Shown: positions 1-9,001, numbered from the stretch's first letter. The stretch is DNA of 62,953 bases from Peptostreptococcaceae bacterium (GCA_016649995.1 JAENWJ010000004.1:1-62953), one strand, 5' to 3'. Numbers and translations: made by a program. The notes: generated by a model not told the origin, from the sequence alone.

Positions 1-239
1 AGTTCTTTATCAGAAAACCCATACTTTGTTTGTATGATTAATGAGCCTAGAGCCATCCGCAAAGGCTTGGCTACATTCCCTATATTACTGGGAAATAATA
101 AGGCATATCTTTTCTCAAATTGTTCCCACGGAACCAATTCCGCTAGTTTTACCCACCGGTTTTGAGGATTCATTTTAAGCCCTATTGGCTGCTTGAAATT
201 AATAAAAGTAGGTTGTGAGTGATCAGTGGCTTTATACAT
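1..239 (-). CDS. IS5-family transposase, N-terminal part (runs off the window)
   Basis: Manual translation MYKATDHSQPTFINFKQPIGLKMNPQNRWVKLAELVPWEQFEKRYALLFPSNIGNVAKPLRMALGSLIIQTKYGFSDKE matches the clostridial IS5 N-terminal pattern (NRW..LA...PW, P.RMALG.LIIQ....SD). SD AAGGGG upstream. Confidence 0.85.
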   Translation of the reverse strand, partial: MYKATDHSQPTFINFKQPIGLKMNPQNRWVKLAELVPWEQFEKRYALLFPSNIGNVAKPLRMALGSLIIQTKYGFSDKE

Positions 240-380
240 GATTTCGTGCCCCTTTTGAGTAAATATTATAGATAAGTGCAAGGAAAATGCTTCTAATTGC
301 TAAATACCCTTGCATCATTATATCAAATATTCACCTAAAAGTCAGTTAAATCAATGTTTTGAAGGTTAATCAGCAGACAC
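1..380 (-). mobile_element. IS5-family insertion sequence, left end (rest lies outside the window)
   Basis: Transposase N-terminus at 239->1. Putative terminal inverted repeat GTGTCTGCTGATTAAC (minus strand, 380->365), flanked by TA at 381-382. Confidence 0.75.
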
Positions 381-710
381 TATATTAATGCTTCTTTCCG
401 TGAAGATATCACATTCTACATACGAAATAAGCCCCGTAAAAAATACCTTTTCCTAAATAATCGTGGCAGTTTTCCCAAACCACTCGCATATACAGCTGCC
501 TATTGCATTCTCCGAAAAGCTGGTGAAAACGCATTAAACAAAGCCATCTCGACGAATACCATGCGAAAAACTTTCGGATCTTACTATCAGACCAAAGTTA
601 TTGTCTTTCTAAAGAAACTCTTCAACCATTCATCACAGTAGATAACGGTCCGCTATATCGGCGTAGAAGCCTAAGAAATGGAAAAAATGTTCGATAACTT
701 TTATCTTTAA
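381..710 (+). pseudogene. Tyrosine recombinase/integrase C-terminal fragment, degraded
   Basis: Frame reads YINASFREDITFYIRNKPRKKYLF...AYCILRKAG...STNTMRKTFGSYY...LKKLFNHSSQ*ITVRYIGVEA*EMEKMFDNFYL*. These are the (H)T.RKTFG and FNHSS..IT.RYIG boxes, with stops at 639-641 and 672-674. Confidence 0.8.
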
Positions 711-1189
711 TAGACATAAAATCCGTAGTTTAAATCAAGTCAGGATCTTCCATCTCGTCTCTTTAGATAGCGAGAATATTTTGTTTCCACTTGTTGCCGA
801 AAGTCAAAACGTCATAATCCAGTAACTGATAAGGCCCTGCAAAAGTAGGGTCTTTATATCAAGTTTGTTTAGACAAAAGCACTTCTTATTACAATATTCC
901 TATATCTTGCAACTACTTTAGTTTTACGAACATAAACACCGATAGAATCCTTAAAACATAGAATACCTAAAGCCACACAGCCAATAGGAATTGAAATACA
1001 GTGCTTATGATATTCGTGTGGCTTCTTTCTTTTATTTAAAATGCAGGTTTTCGCTATAAGCCATAGATATTTTACTTGCTATTATGTGCTCAAATGTGCT
1101 CAAAAAATCAAAATCGTACATTATCAGCAAAACAAAAACCCTGCCAAAAGCAAGAATTTTCAACGTGTTAATTGTCCCCAAAAGCCCCC

Positions 1190-1897
1190 TTACAAAATCA
1201 TTCTTATTCCATTCTTTCTTAGCCATTCCCTTCGATCCTTGTAGTCGGGCATTATCTTTTCAACCACGCCCCAAAACTCCTTTGAATGGTTGAATTGCAC
1301 CATATGACACATCTCGTGAACTACTATGTAATCTATAACATCCATAGGAGCCATGGCGCATCTCAGATTAAAATTAAGCCTATGGGCATTTGAGCAACTG
1401 CCCCACCTTTTCCTCTGTTTTTTAGCCTTTATCTCAATGGGTCTTTGAACAAAGTGTCTCTGATAATGCCTCACCCTCTCGGTTACAATATCAAGAGACT
1501 TTTCCCTGTACCAATCCTCCATTGCCTTTCCCAATACCGCTATATCTTCCGTACCCGTTATCATATGAAAATACCCGCCCTCAAACTCGACAGATGGTTT
1601 CTTTGCTGATACGTCCATTTGCACCTTAAGGCGGTACTCATGGCCTAGATACATGAAGATTTCACCGCTTGCATATTTTCTATCTCTCTTTTCAAATCTT
1701 GATTCTTTAATCTCACTGAGCTTCTTTTCAATCCATTTCGCCTTGGACTTTACTATCTTTAGGATTTCGTCGTCCTTTATTCCGACAGGCGCAACGACAA
1801 AAACGGAATCCGGCGGCTCAACACTGATTCTTAAGCTCTTCCTTTTCCTGTATTCGACTGTGAATTCTATTGTTTCCGTTCCGTATTCGAATCTCAT
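1190..1897 (-). CDS. M48-family/YgjP (DUF45) zinc metallopeptidase-like protein
   Basis: RWGSCS and DYIVVHEMCH (HExxH) motifs, then H...FW...PDY. Start moved to MRFEYG. Confidence 0.85.
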   Translation of the reverse strand: MRFEYGTETIEFTVEYRKRKSLRISVEPPDSVFVVAPVGIKDDEILKIVKSKAKWIEKKLSEIKESRFEKRDRKYASGEIFMYLGHEYRLKVQMDVSAKKPSVEFEGGYFHMITGTEDIAVLGKAMEDWYREKSLDIVTERVRHYQRHFVQRPIEIKAKKQRKRWGSCSNAHRLNFNLRCAMAPMDVIDYIVVHEMCHMVQFNHSKEFWGVVEKIMPDYKDRREWLRKNGIRMIL

Positions 1898-2131
1898 GTT
1901 TCCCCGCCTTCTGTCAGATAGCATCTATAAACAATTTTCGAGTCGTCAACTATTTTAAACCTGCATTCTCTACAAGTATAGCACGCGCCCGCGCCCGCCC
2001 CCCAACAACAAAAATAGCAAGACACATATTTCTATGCCTTGATATTTTATAGTTTAGTATTGATTCTATCTCTCCGAACATATGAAATCTAATCTTAATT
2101 AACTTCAGTTTCACCGATTTCTTCAAGTACT

Positions 2132-2599
2132 TCAAGAATCCTCTCCATTTCCCGTATCCTTAAGGTCTGAACCTTTGCACAATAAGGTCTGAACCTTTGC
2201 ACAATTTTCGAGCGACTCGCTTGCGTCAACCTCACTGCCACTTCTCAGTCTTGCCTTTACCCGCGCAACTACCTCCTTGGGTTGAAACGGTTTCACAACA
2301 TAGTCATCAGCTCCAAGTTCGAAACCTTGAATTTTATCCTCGAGCATATCTCTAGCAGTCATCATTATAATGGGAACTGAATTGGTACGTCTTATTAACT
2401 TGCAAACCTCCCACCCATCTATAACCGGAAGCATTATATCCAGAAGCACCAAATCGACTTTGTTGTTCTTAATAAAGTTTAGCGCAGAACTTCCATCATA
2501 ACTCTGAAATGTCTCGAATCCAGCATCAATCAAATATATATTTAATAATTCGCTTATATTTTTATCGTCATCCACAATCAATATGTGTTTTTTATCCAT
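2132..2599 (-). pseudogene. OmpR-family response regulator truncated after the receiver domain
   Basis: ILIVDDD, DLVLLDIMLP, TAR and GADDYVVKPF receiver motifs present. No winged-helix domain; the tail contains a 22-bp tandem duplication. Confidence 0.7.
2161..2204. repeat. 22-bp perfect tandem duplication
   Basis: TAAGGTCTGAACCTTTGCACAA at 2161-2182 and 2183-2204. Confidence 0.95.
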
Positions 2600-2748
2600 T
2601 GCATGCCTCCGTAATGCATCCATTAAGAAACCCAATCAAATAATGTATATTTTTATTATTATATCATATCGACTAACCCAATCCATGATTACAATCGTTC
2701 TCGAAACACTATGATAAGCATTAATTCACTACCCCCCCAAAAAAATAT

Positions 2749-2796
2749 TTGACAAAGTCAGAATATCATTGTATTATTTATATGTGCATATGCACA
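2749..2796 (+). promoter_or_regulatory. Sigma-A promoter with palindromic operator
   Basis: TTGACA (2749-2754)-17 bp-TATTAT (2772-2777). Perfect palindrome TGTGCATATGCACA (2783-2796) over the likely start site. Confidence 0.75.
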
Positions 2797-2814
2797 CAAC
2801 GAGAGGAGGTTGAA

Positions 2815-3492
2815 ATGTCAAGAGGTAAAAAAGACAGATTTTGTAGACGACTAAGCGACCAGAAAATATACATTCCCTACGGAATGCCACTAGATTCCTT
2901 GGAAAAAGTAAGCATAGAGCTTGATGAATTTGAAGCAATAAGACTATGCGACTACGACGGCAAAAGCCAAATTGAAGCAAGTGAACAAATGGGACTCTCA
3001 CGTGGAACTGTACAAAGGTTGCTTCTGTCCGGGCGAAAAAAAATCATTGACGGATTCTTTCACTCAAAGGCTATAATTGTCAAAAACAACAACGAAAATA
3101 TTAAATTTAAAGGAGAAAACAACATGACTATCGATTTAAAAAACACAGTAAGAATTGCATTCCCAACAAATGACAAGATAACTGTAGAAGAGCATTTCGG
3201 GCATTGCAAATTTTTTGCTATCTTCACAGTAAATGATAAGGAGTTAATGGATACTGAGTATGTCACAGCACCTGCCCACCAACCAGGACTTCTTCCCAAA
3301 TTCCTAGGAGAACTCAACGCGAATGCAATCATTACCGGCGGAATGGGCCAAATGGCAATAAATCTATTTAAGGAAGCAAATATTGAAGTTATTCTCGGAG
3401 CTAGAGGAAGCATAGAAACCAATTTGAACGAATATCTTGGTGGAGATCTCTACTCTACCGGCTCTGCTTGCCAACATGACCACAATGATTAA
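2815..3492 (+). CDS. DUF134 (HTH) domain fused to NifB/NifX-family (dinitrogenase FeMo-cofactor-like) domain
   Basis: MSRGKK.R...DEFEAIRLCDYDGKSQIEASEQMGLSRGTVQRLL (DUF134), then IAFPT...HFGHCKFF...IITGGMG...C.H. SD GAGGAGG before ATG 2815. Confidence 0.85.
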   Translation: MSRGKKDRFCRRLSDQKIYIPYGMPLDSLEKVSIELDEFEAIRLCDYDGKSQIEASEQMGLSRGTVQRLLLSGRKKIIDGFFHSKAIIVKNNNENIKFKGENNMTIDLKNTVRIAFPTNDKITVEEHFGHCKFFAIFTVNDKELMDTEYVTAPAHQPGLLPKFLGELNANAIITGGMGQMAINLFKEANIEVILGARGSIETNLNEYLGGDLYSTGSACQHDHND

Positions 3493-3539
3493 ATTGCTAA
3501 TATTAACGATAAAATAATTTGATAAAGGAGATACAGATT

Positions 3540-3914
3540 ATGATAATAGGAATTTGTGCTAAAGAACAAAGATTGGACAGCCCAGTAGCCGATAGATTTG
3601 GTAGAGCTGAATGCTATGTTATGTACAACACGGAAACGAAAGAAGTAACAACAACCGATAATTCCGCAAAAAACGAAGCCAGCGGAGCAGGCGGAAGCGC
3701 TGTAAGGATTCTTAACGAACACGGTGTCGAAGTAGTACTTGCACCTGAACTCGGACCCAAAGCCATGGATGCTATAAAGGCATTTGAAATAAAGGCATAT
3801 TCTTACGGAAATAGCAAAACAGTCAAGGAAGCTCTGGACAATTACGAAAGCGGAAAACTAAAACAATTTATAACCAATTCCACTGCATCACACCACGGGC
3901 TAAGAAAAGCTTAA
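3540..3914 (+). CDS. NifB/NifX-family protein
   Basis: LDSPVADRFGRAECY, GAG, GPKA motifs and C-terminal SHHG. SD AAGGAG. Confidence 0.85.
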   Translation: MIIGICAKEQRLDSPVADRFGRAECYVMYNTETKEVTTTDNSAKNEASGAGGSAVRILNEHGVEVVLAPELGPKAMDAIKAFEIKAYSYGNSKTVKEALDNYESGKLKQFITNSTASHHGLRKA

Positions 3915-3938
3915 GTCAAATAGTTTGGAGAAAAAACC

Positions 3939-4772
3939 ATGAAAATAGCTATACTTAGCGGAAAAGGCGGAACAGGCAAAACCACGGTAGCGACCAATAT
4001 GGCCTTGAACTACAAAAATGCCATTCTAGTTGATGCCGATGTAGAAGAACCCAACAGCCATATATTTATCAAACCTGTTGTCACTAATGAAAAAAGCGTA
4101 TTCAAGAAATACCCTGTGGTCGACATGGAAAGATGCGATCTTTGCGGAGATTGCGGCAGATTTTGCAAATACAATGCCATACTACCCGCAAAGAACAAGG
4201 TGCTCGTATTCAAGGAAATCTGCCATGACTGCGGGGGTTGCGAGATTATATGCAAGAAAAACGCAATCTCATACAAGGAACGGGAAATCGGCAAAATATT
4301 TTCCGGAAACGGAATCGCCGATATTCGTTTCTTATATGGTGATCTGAATGTCGGCGAGGTTTCCGGCGTAAAGATAATTTCAGAACTCAGGGAAATCGTC
4401 AAGGATAAAGAGATTGTTATAATCGATTCTCCCCCAGGCACTTCCTGCGCAGCAGTTGAGGCTGTCGAAGGAGCAAACTATGCTGTTATAGTTTCAGAAC
4501 CCACCCCATTCGGTGTAAGCGACATGAAAATGGTTGTTGAAATGCTTGAAAACATGAAAATACCATTCGGTGTAGTCGTCAACAAGGCGGGTCTGGGCAA
4601 TGACGAAATCTATGAGTATTGTTCCGGAAAGAATATCGAGGTGCTTGAAAACATTCCATTCAGCGAAGAAATCGCAAAAATGTACGCTGTCGGAGAAATG
4701 ATGTGCTCCGGGGACAAAAAATATAATCTTTATTTCAAGAACATCATTAGCAAAATAATGGATATAAAATAG
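3939..4772 (+). CDS. MinD/ParA-like P-loop ATPase with inserted 2x[4Fe-4S] ferredoxin domain
   Basis: SGKGGTGKTT, DADVEEPN, CxxCxxCxxxC twice, DSPPGTSC, EPTPFG. Confidence 0.9.
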   Translation: MKIAILSGKGGTGKTTVATNMALNYKNAILVDADVEEPNSHIFIKPVVTNEKSVFKKYPVVDMERCDLCGDCGRFCKYNAILPAKNKVLVFKEICHDCGGCEIICKKNAISYKEREIGKIFSGNGIADIRFLYGDLNVGEVSGVKIISELREIVKDKEIVIIDSPPGTSCAAVEAVEGANYAVIVSEPTPFGVSDMKMVVEMLENMKIPFGVVVNKAGLGNDEIYEYCSGKNIEVLENIPFSEEIAKMYAVGEMMCSGDKKYNLYFKNIISKIMDIK

Positions 4773-4796
4773 ATTATTAACGAAAGGTCATATGCC

Positions 4797-5657
4797 ATGG
4801 ATATTAATGAAATCGTTGTCATATCAGGAAAGGGAGGCACAGGAAAAACCACCCTCGTCGCTTCTTTAGTGCCTTTTCTTGATAATCCGGTTATAGCGGA
4901 CTGCGATGTAGACGCTCCGGACCTTAACATATTGTTCGGTGAAAAAATCCAAAATTCAAAGGATTTCGTAGGCTTAAAGAGAGCCGTCATTAACGATGAC
5001 ATCTGCATAAAATGCGGACTATGCCATCAAAAATGCAAGTTCAACGCAATAAGCGAAGACATAAAGGTTAATTGGAGCAAATGTGAAGGTTGCAGCCTAT
5101 GCGAATACGTTTGCCCTGTAAATGCTATCGAGATGAAGGATTCCGTAGTCGGTCATGTATTCGATTCTGAAACCCCATACGGGCCAATGGTTCATGCCCG
5201 GCTCATACCGGGTGAAGAAACCTCCGGAAAGCTTGTGTCAGAAGTAAGAAAAGAGGCAAAAGCGCTAGCAGAAAAGTCTGGTAGAAGCACAATAATCATT
5301 GATGGCTCACCCGGTATCGCATGCAATGTAATAGCATCCATAACGGGCGTAAAAAAAGCCGTCATAGTCATAGAACCTACCTTTTCGGGGCTTCATGACC
5401 TTGAAAAAGTTCACAGGCTGGTCCAAAACTTCAACCTTGAAATCATGGTTGTAATAAACAAATGCAATTTGTCTAAGGATGGGCTTGATGTCATTGAAAA
5501 TTATTGCAAAAATGAAAACCTGGAGATAGCTCTCAGAATACCGTTCAACAAAGAAATAGTCAAAACTATAACCCGAAAAAAAATACCGTCTATCGAAAAC
5601 AAGGACTTCTTCGATAGCATAGGATTTGATGAATTCGTGGAAAAGATAAAAGCCTAA
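4797..5657 (+). CDS. Second MinD/ParA-like P-loop ATPase with 2x[4Fe-4S] domain
   Basis: SGKGGTGKTT, DCDVDAPDL, CIKCGLCHQKC and CEGCSLCEYVCP, GEETSGKLV, DGSPGIAC. Confidence 0.9.
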   Translation: MDINEIVVISGKGGTGKTTLVASLVPFLDNPVIADCDVDAPDLNILFGEKIQNSKDFVGLKRAVINDDICIKCGLCHQKCKFNAISEDIKVNWSKCEGCSLCEYVCPVNAIEMKDSVVGHVFDSETPYGPMVHARLIPGEETSGKLVSEVRKEAKALAEKSGRSTIIIDGSPGIACNVIASITGVKKAVIVIEPTFSGLHDLEKVHRLVQNFNLEIMVVINKCNLSKDGLDVIENYCKNENLEIALRIPFNKEIVKTITRKKIPSIENKDFFDSIGFDEFVEKIKA

Positions 5658-5660
5658 AGC

Positions 5661-5698
5661 AAAATAGCAGGTTCTCTCAAAAGGAACCTGCTATTTTT
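5661..5698. terminator. Bidirectional intrinsic terminator
   Basis: AAAATAGCAGGTTC...GAACCTGCTATTTTT between convergent genes. Confidence 0.85.
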
Positions 5699-5709
5699 AT
5701 ATACATATA

Positions 5710-6849
5710 CTACATTTTGTGCATCTTATAGAACAGCTTCTCGTAGTCGTCTACATTCATCTTTTTGGGATTGCTGTCGTTGGAACCGTTTTTCTCGGAC
5801 AATTCCGCAAGTAGTCTAAATTTAGCCGGGTCTGTTCCAAGGGATTTGAAGTCCGGCAATCCTATTTCAGCAGAAATATTCATGATAAGTTTTATTCCCT
5901 CTTTTGCTGCACTTTCATCGTCCTTATCCTCTATCCCCATAGCCCTCGCCACCCTCGCATACTTTTGCAAAATGAAAGGAAGATTCTCGGTCATGATGTG
6001 CGGAAGGATTATTGAGTTGCAAAGTCCGTGCGGCTTATCGTATATGCTTCCAAGTGCCTCTGCCATACAGTGCACAGATGCCACATCTGAATGACTGAAC
6101 GATAGCCCGGCCAATAAGCTCCCAAGCATCATTCCGTCCCTTGCCTCTTCATCCGAGCCGTCTTTGACGGCCCTTACTATATACTTTGCAATATGTTCTG
6201 CCGCATAAAGTCCCAAAGCCTCGGCTATTGGCTCAGTACATGTGGCTGTGTATCCCTCAATTGCGTGCGTAAGCGCATCTATCCCCGTTGATGCTGTTAC
6301 AAGTTTGGGAAGAGTGTACGTAAGCTCAGGATCTACCAGTGCCACTTTTGCGGCTATTGCCGGACTCTTTATTGTAAATTTGAAGTTCTCTTTAGTATCG
6401 GTTATTACTGATGAAAAGGTTACTTCGCTTCCTGTTCCCGCAGTAGTTGGGACAGTAATAAGAGGCAGACAGTTCTCTCCAATTACTTTTTTCACATAAT
6501 CCCTTATGTCTCCGCCCTGCCTTGCAAGAACAGCTATTCCTTTCGCGGCATCAATCGGGCTTCCTCCACCAACTGCCACAAGAGCATCCACATTCTCTAT
6601 TCTGGCCAAATCGGCGCCACTGTGCACATTATAGTCCTTCGGGTTCGCCTCTACCTCATCGAATACCACGATTTCCTTGTCGTCACCTAAAAAACCTAAA
6701 ACTTTATCAAGAATTCCCGCCTTTATTATTCCCTTGTCGCAAACAACCATTATTTTTTTAGCAGACAGTTTGTTAAGTTCTACGTCCAATTCCTTTACAA
6801 CGCCTTTTCCGTATCTTATCTTCGAAGGCAACACAAAATCAAAATTCAT
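5710..6849 (-). CDS. Iron-containing alcohol dehydrogenase
   Basis: GGGSPIDAAK, PTTAGTGSEVT, DALTHAIEGY, H.MAE, PHG. SD GGAGG before ATG 6849. Confidence 0.9.
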   Translation of the reverse strand: MNFDFVLPSKIRYGKGVVKELDVELNKLSAKKIMVVCDKGIIKAGILDKVLGFLGDDKEIVVFDEVEANPKDYNVHSGADLARIENVDALVAVGGGSPIDAAKGIAVLARQGGDIRDYVKKVIGENCLPLITVPTTAGTGSEVTFSSVITDTKENFKFTIKSPAIAAKVALVDPELTYTLPKLVTASTGIDALTHAIEGYTATCTEPIAEALGLYAAEHIAKYIVRAVKDGSDEEARDGMMLGSLLAGLSFSHSDVASVHCMAEALGSIYDKPHGLCNSIILPHIMTENLPFILQKYARVARAMGIEDKDDESAAKEGIKLIMNISAEIGLPDFKSLGTDPAKFRLLAELSEKNGSNDSNPKKMNVDDYEKLFYKMHKM

Positions 6850-6949
6850 AAAATCCTCCAATCAATTCATTATTATATTCGATTCTTCCATCATTATATC
6901 AAAATATGTCGGATTTAAATAACCCATACACATCCACTATTAATTTGGG

Positions 6950-7261
6950 TCAATCCTCTTCCATGAATTCCTCTAAATGCTTCAGCTCATGTCCCTCAAT
7001 AATCAAATATATATGTTCATTCTCTTCATAGGCTTCCCTGAACACATTGATTATTGCCTCTCCGTATCCCCCAAGGTTATCGACCATGGCATCTGCATTG
7101 CTAATGATGATTCTTTTGGGGAAAAAATCTGTTGAAAGGCAGTCCCACAAGGCATCCAAATTGTTGCCGTAGTAATCAGGCAAATCCAGTTTAATTTTCA
7201 AATATGCATGGACCGCGGCCCTATCCGTCATTTCCGCTCCGTCAAGTCGAATCTCTTCCAT
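6950..7261 (-). CDS. Barstar-family ribonuclease inhibitor
   Basis: LDLPDYYGNNLDALWDCLS signature. Confidence 0.92.
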   Translation of the reverse strand: MEEIRLDGAEMTDRAAVHAYLKIKLDLPDYYGNNLDALWDCLSTDFFPKRIIISNADAMVDNLGGYGEAIINVFREAYEENEHIYLIIEGHELKHLEEFMEED

Positions 7262-7272
7262 TTTTCCGCCTC

Positions 7273-7821
7273 CTAGTATAGCTGTTCAAAGGTTTCATAA
7301 TGATCGCCTGTGTAAAATACCAACCCGTCATTGGAATAAACTATCCGTTCCGCTCCGCGATACCCGCCATTATAATTAATGTCGCACTCGTAATACTTGC
7401 GGCCGTTCGCATCCGGCAAAAGACCCTCGCGGTTTCCGAAATAATCTCCTCCAATGGACTTTTGGTCGGTCACTTCCCAAAGGTTCCCTTCAGAACTGAC
7501 CCAACCAAGCTTTTGCGCATCGTTCCTTATTATGTAATTCGGAGGCAAAACAGAAAATTCATTGATATATTCCGCCACTTCATCCTTGCTTGAATAGATT
7601 CCGTCCTCTTCCACCCGGGTATTTCCCATTCCCGGCTCGCCTTCCATCTTGCCTCCTTGAATCCGGTCCCTGTCGGGTTCCCCTTCAGAAACTTCCACAT
7701 TTGTCCCGGAGTTTTCAGGCGCAAGACTTGCGTCATACGATTGGCATCCCACCAACAATGCAAATACAAGAACGATGCACAAGAAGCCTAGCATCTTGTC
7801 ACATTTTTTGATTTTAAACAT
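7273..7821 (-). CDS. Barnase-like guanyl-specific ribonuclease, predicted lipoprotein
   Basis: LPPNYI, SIGGDYFGNREGLLP, YYECDINY, RGAERIVYSNDGL, TGDHYETF. Hydrophobic signal peptide with lipobox LVGC. Confidence 0.9.
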   Translation of the reverse strand: MFKIKKCDKMLGFLCIVLVFALLVGCQSYDASLAPENSGTNVEVSEGEPDRDRIQGGKMEGEPGMGNTRVEEDGIYSSKDEVAEYINEFSVLPPNYIIRNDAQKLGWVSSEGNLWEVTDQKSIGGDYFGNREGLLPDANGRKYYECDINYNGGYRGAERIVYSNDGLVFYTGDHYETFEQLY

Positions 7822-8056
7822 CGATTAGTCCCCCTCGGCCTTGGAATGCGCAACGACCTTTCTTTAATAGATGCGTCATTATCCATATACCCAATATCCA
7901 TCTTGTTGAAATCAAATACAAATTATTTCATACTAAATGGCATACAAAAATCACTCTCGCTTGAAACAAACGACTTCTTCCGCTTTTCTCCCTCGTTTTA
8001 ACTTTTGTAACCAATCCATGACTAATCTCTTTTACCCAGGCTTCGCCCAAAAACGA

Positions 8057-8097
8057 AAAAGTCCCCAAACAGTTGTCATAACTAGGTTTGGGGATTT
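8057..8097 (-). terminator. Terminator of the tRNA operon
   Basis: TCCCCAAAC...GTTTGGGGA hairpin followed by a U-tract on the minus strand. Confidence 0.7.
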
Positions 8098-8103
8098 CTA
8101 AAT

Positions 8104-8180
8104 TGGTGCGCCCAGAGGGATTCGAACCCCCGACCTTTCGGTTCGTAGCCGAACACTCTATCCAACTGAGCTATGGACGC
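8104..8180 (-). tRNA. tRNA-Arg(ACG)
   Basis: Cloverleaf, anticodon loop CTACGAA, encoded CCA. Confidence 0.95.
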
Positions 8181-8199
8181 ACATATCAAAAATAAAAAA

Positions 8200-8273
8200 T
8201 GGAGGCGACAACCGGAATCGAACCGGTGGTGGAGATTTTGCAGACCTCTGCCTTACCGCTTGGCTATGTCGCC
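8200..8273 (-). tRNA. tRNA-Cys(GCA)
   Basis: Cloverleaf, loop CTGCAAA, CCA end. Confidence 0.95.
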
Positions 8274-8278
8274 TCATT

Positions 8279-8354
8279 TGGTGATCCATCCGCGACTCGA
8301 ACGCGGGACACCCTGATTAAAAGTCAGATGCTCTGCCAACTGAGCTAATGGACC
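8279..8354 (-). tRNA. tRNA-Lys(TTT)
   Basis: Cloverleaf, loop CTTTTAA, CCA end. Confidence 0.95.
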
Positions 8355-8376
8355 ATGAAGTATATTAAAGTATGTT

Positions 8377-8453
8377 TGGGGCGGCTGATGGGAATCGAAC
8401 CCACGCGTGCAGGAGCCACATTCCTGTGTCTTAACCACTTGACTACAGCCGCC
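8377..8453 (-). tRNA. tRNA-His(GTG)
   Basis: Cloverleaf, loop ATGTGGC, encoded G-1, CCA end. Confidence 0.95.
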
Positions 8454-8468
8454 ATGTAATTGTTTGGT

Positions 8469-8542
8469 TGGAGCGGGTGAAGGGGATCGAACCCTCGCAA
8501 CCGGCTTGGAAGGCCGGGGCTCTACCACTGAGCTACACCCGC
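8469..8542 (-). tRNA. tRNA-Gly(TCC)
   Basis: Cloverleaf, loop TTCCAA, CCA end. Confidence 0.95.
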
Positions 8543-8554
8543 GGATTATATCCT

Positions 8555-8630
8555 TGGAGCGAAAGACGGGATTCGAACCCGCGACCCTCGCCTTGGGAAG
8601 GCGATGCTCTACCAGCTGAGCCACTTTCGC
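8555..8630 (-). tRNA. tRNA-Gly(CCC)
   Basis: GCGAAAGTGGCTCAG...CGCCTTCCCAAGGCG...TTCGCTCCA. Confidence 0.9.
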
Positions 8631-8719
8631 ATAAGTACAGCTTGCAGTAGGCCGTTTGCAACAGGCTATAAAAACAGTAAAAAACCAGTGCAATAACCAA
8701 CGCTCATTATAATTATTTT

Positions 8720-8804
8720 TGGTGGAGGGAGAAGGATTTGAACCTTCGTAGGCTGCGCCGACGGATTTACAGTCCGTTCCCTTTGGCCACTCGGGCATCC
8801 CTCC
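8720..8804 (-). tRNA. tRNA-Tyr(GTA)
   Basis: Long variable arm, loop CTGTAAA, CCA end. Confidence 0.95.
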
Positions 8805-8822
8805 GTGTTATAAGATTTGCAA

Positions 8823-8898
<76 letters not shown>

Positions 8899-8904
8899 AA
8901 ATTA

Positions 8905-8981
<77 letters not shown>

Positions 8982-9001
8982 GCGTTTGTAAATAAAACAT
9001 G

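Noticed and set aside
968..1030. AATAGGAATTGAAATAC resembles a CRISPR repeat 3' end
   Set aside because: Single occurrence with no repeat-spacer periodicity and no cas genes; it lies in the loop of an AAGCCACAC/GTGTGGCTT inverted repeat.
1032..1293. Short ORFs on both strands near the M48 gene end
   Set aside because: No recognisable motifs or SD; they overlap each other and the real gene.
1981..2005. GC tract that might form a G-quadruplex
   Set aside because: Only three separable G3 runs; best explained as promoter spacer before a TG-TATACT -10.
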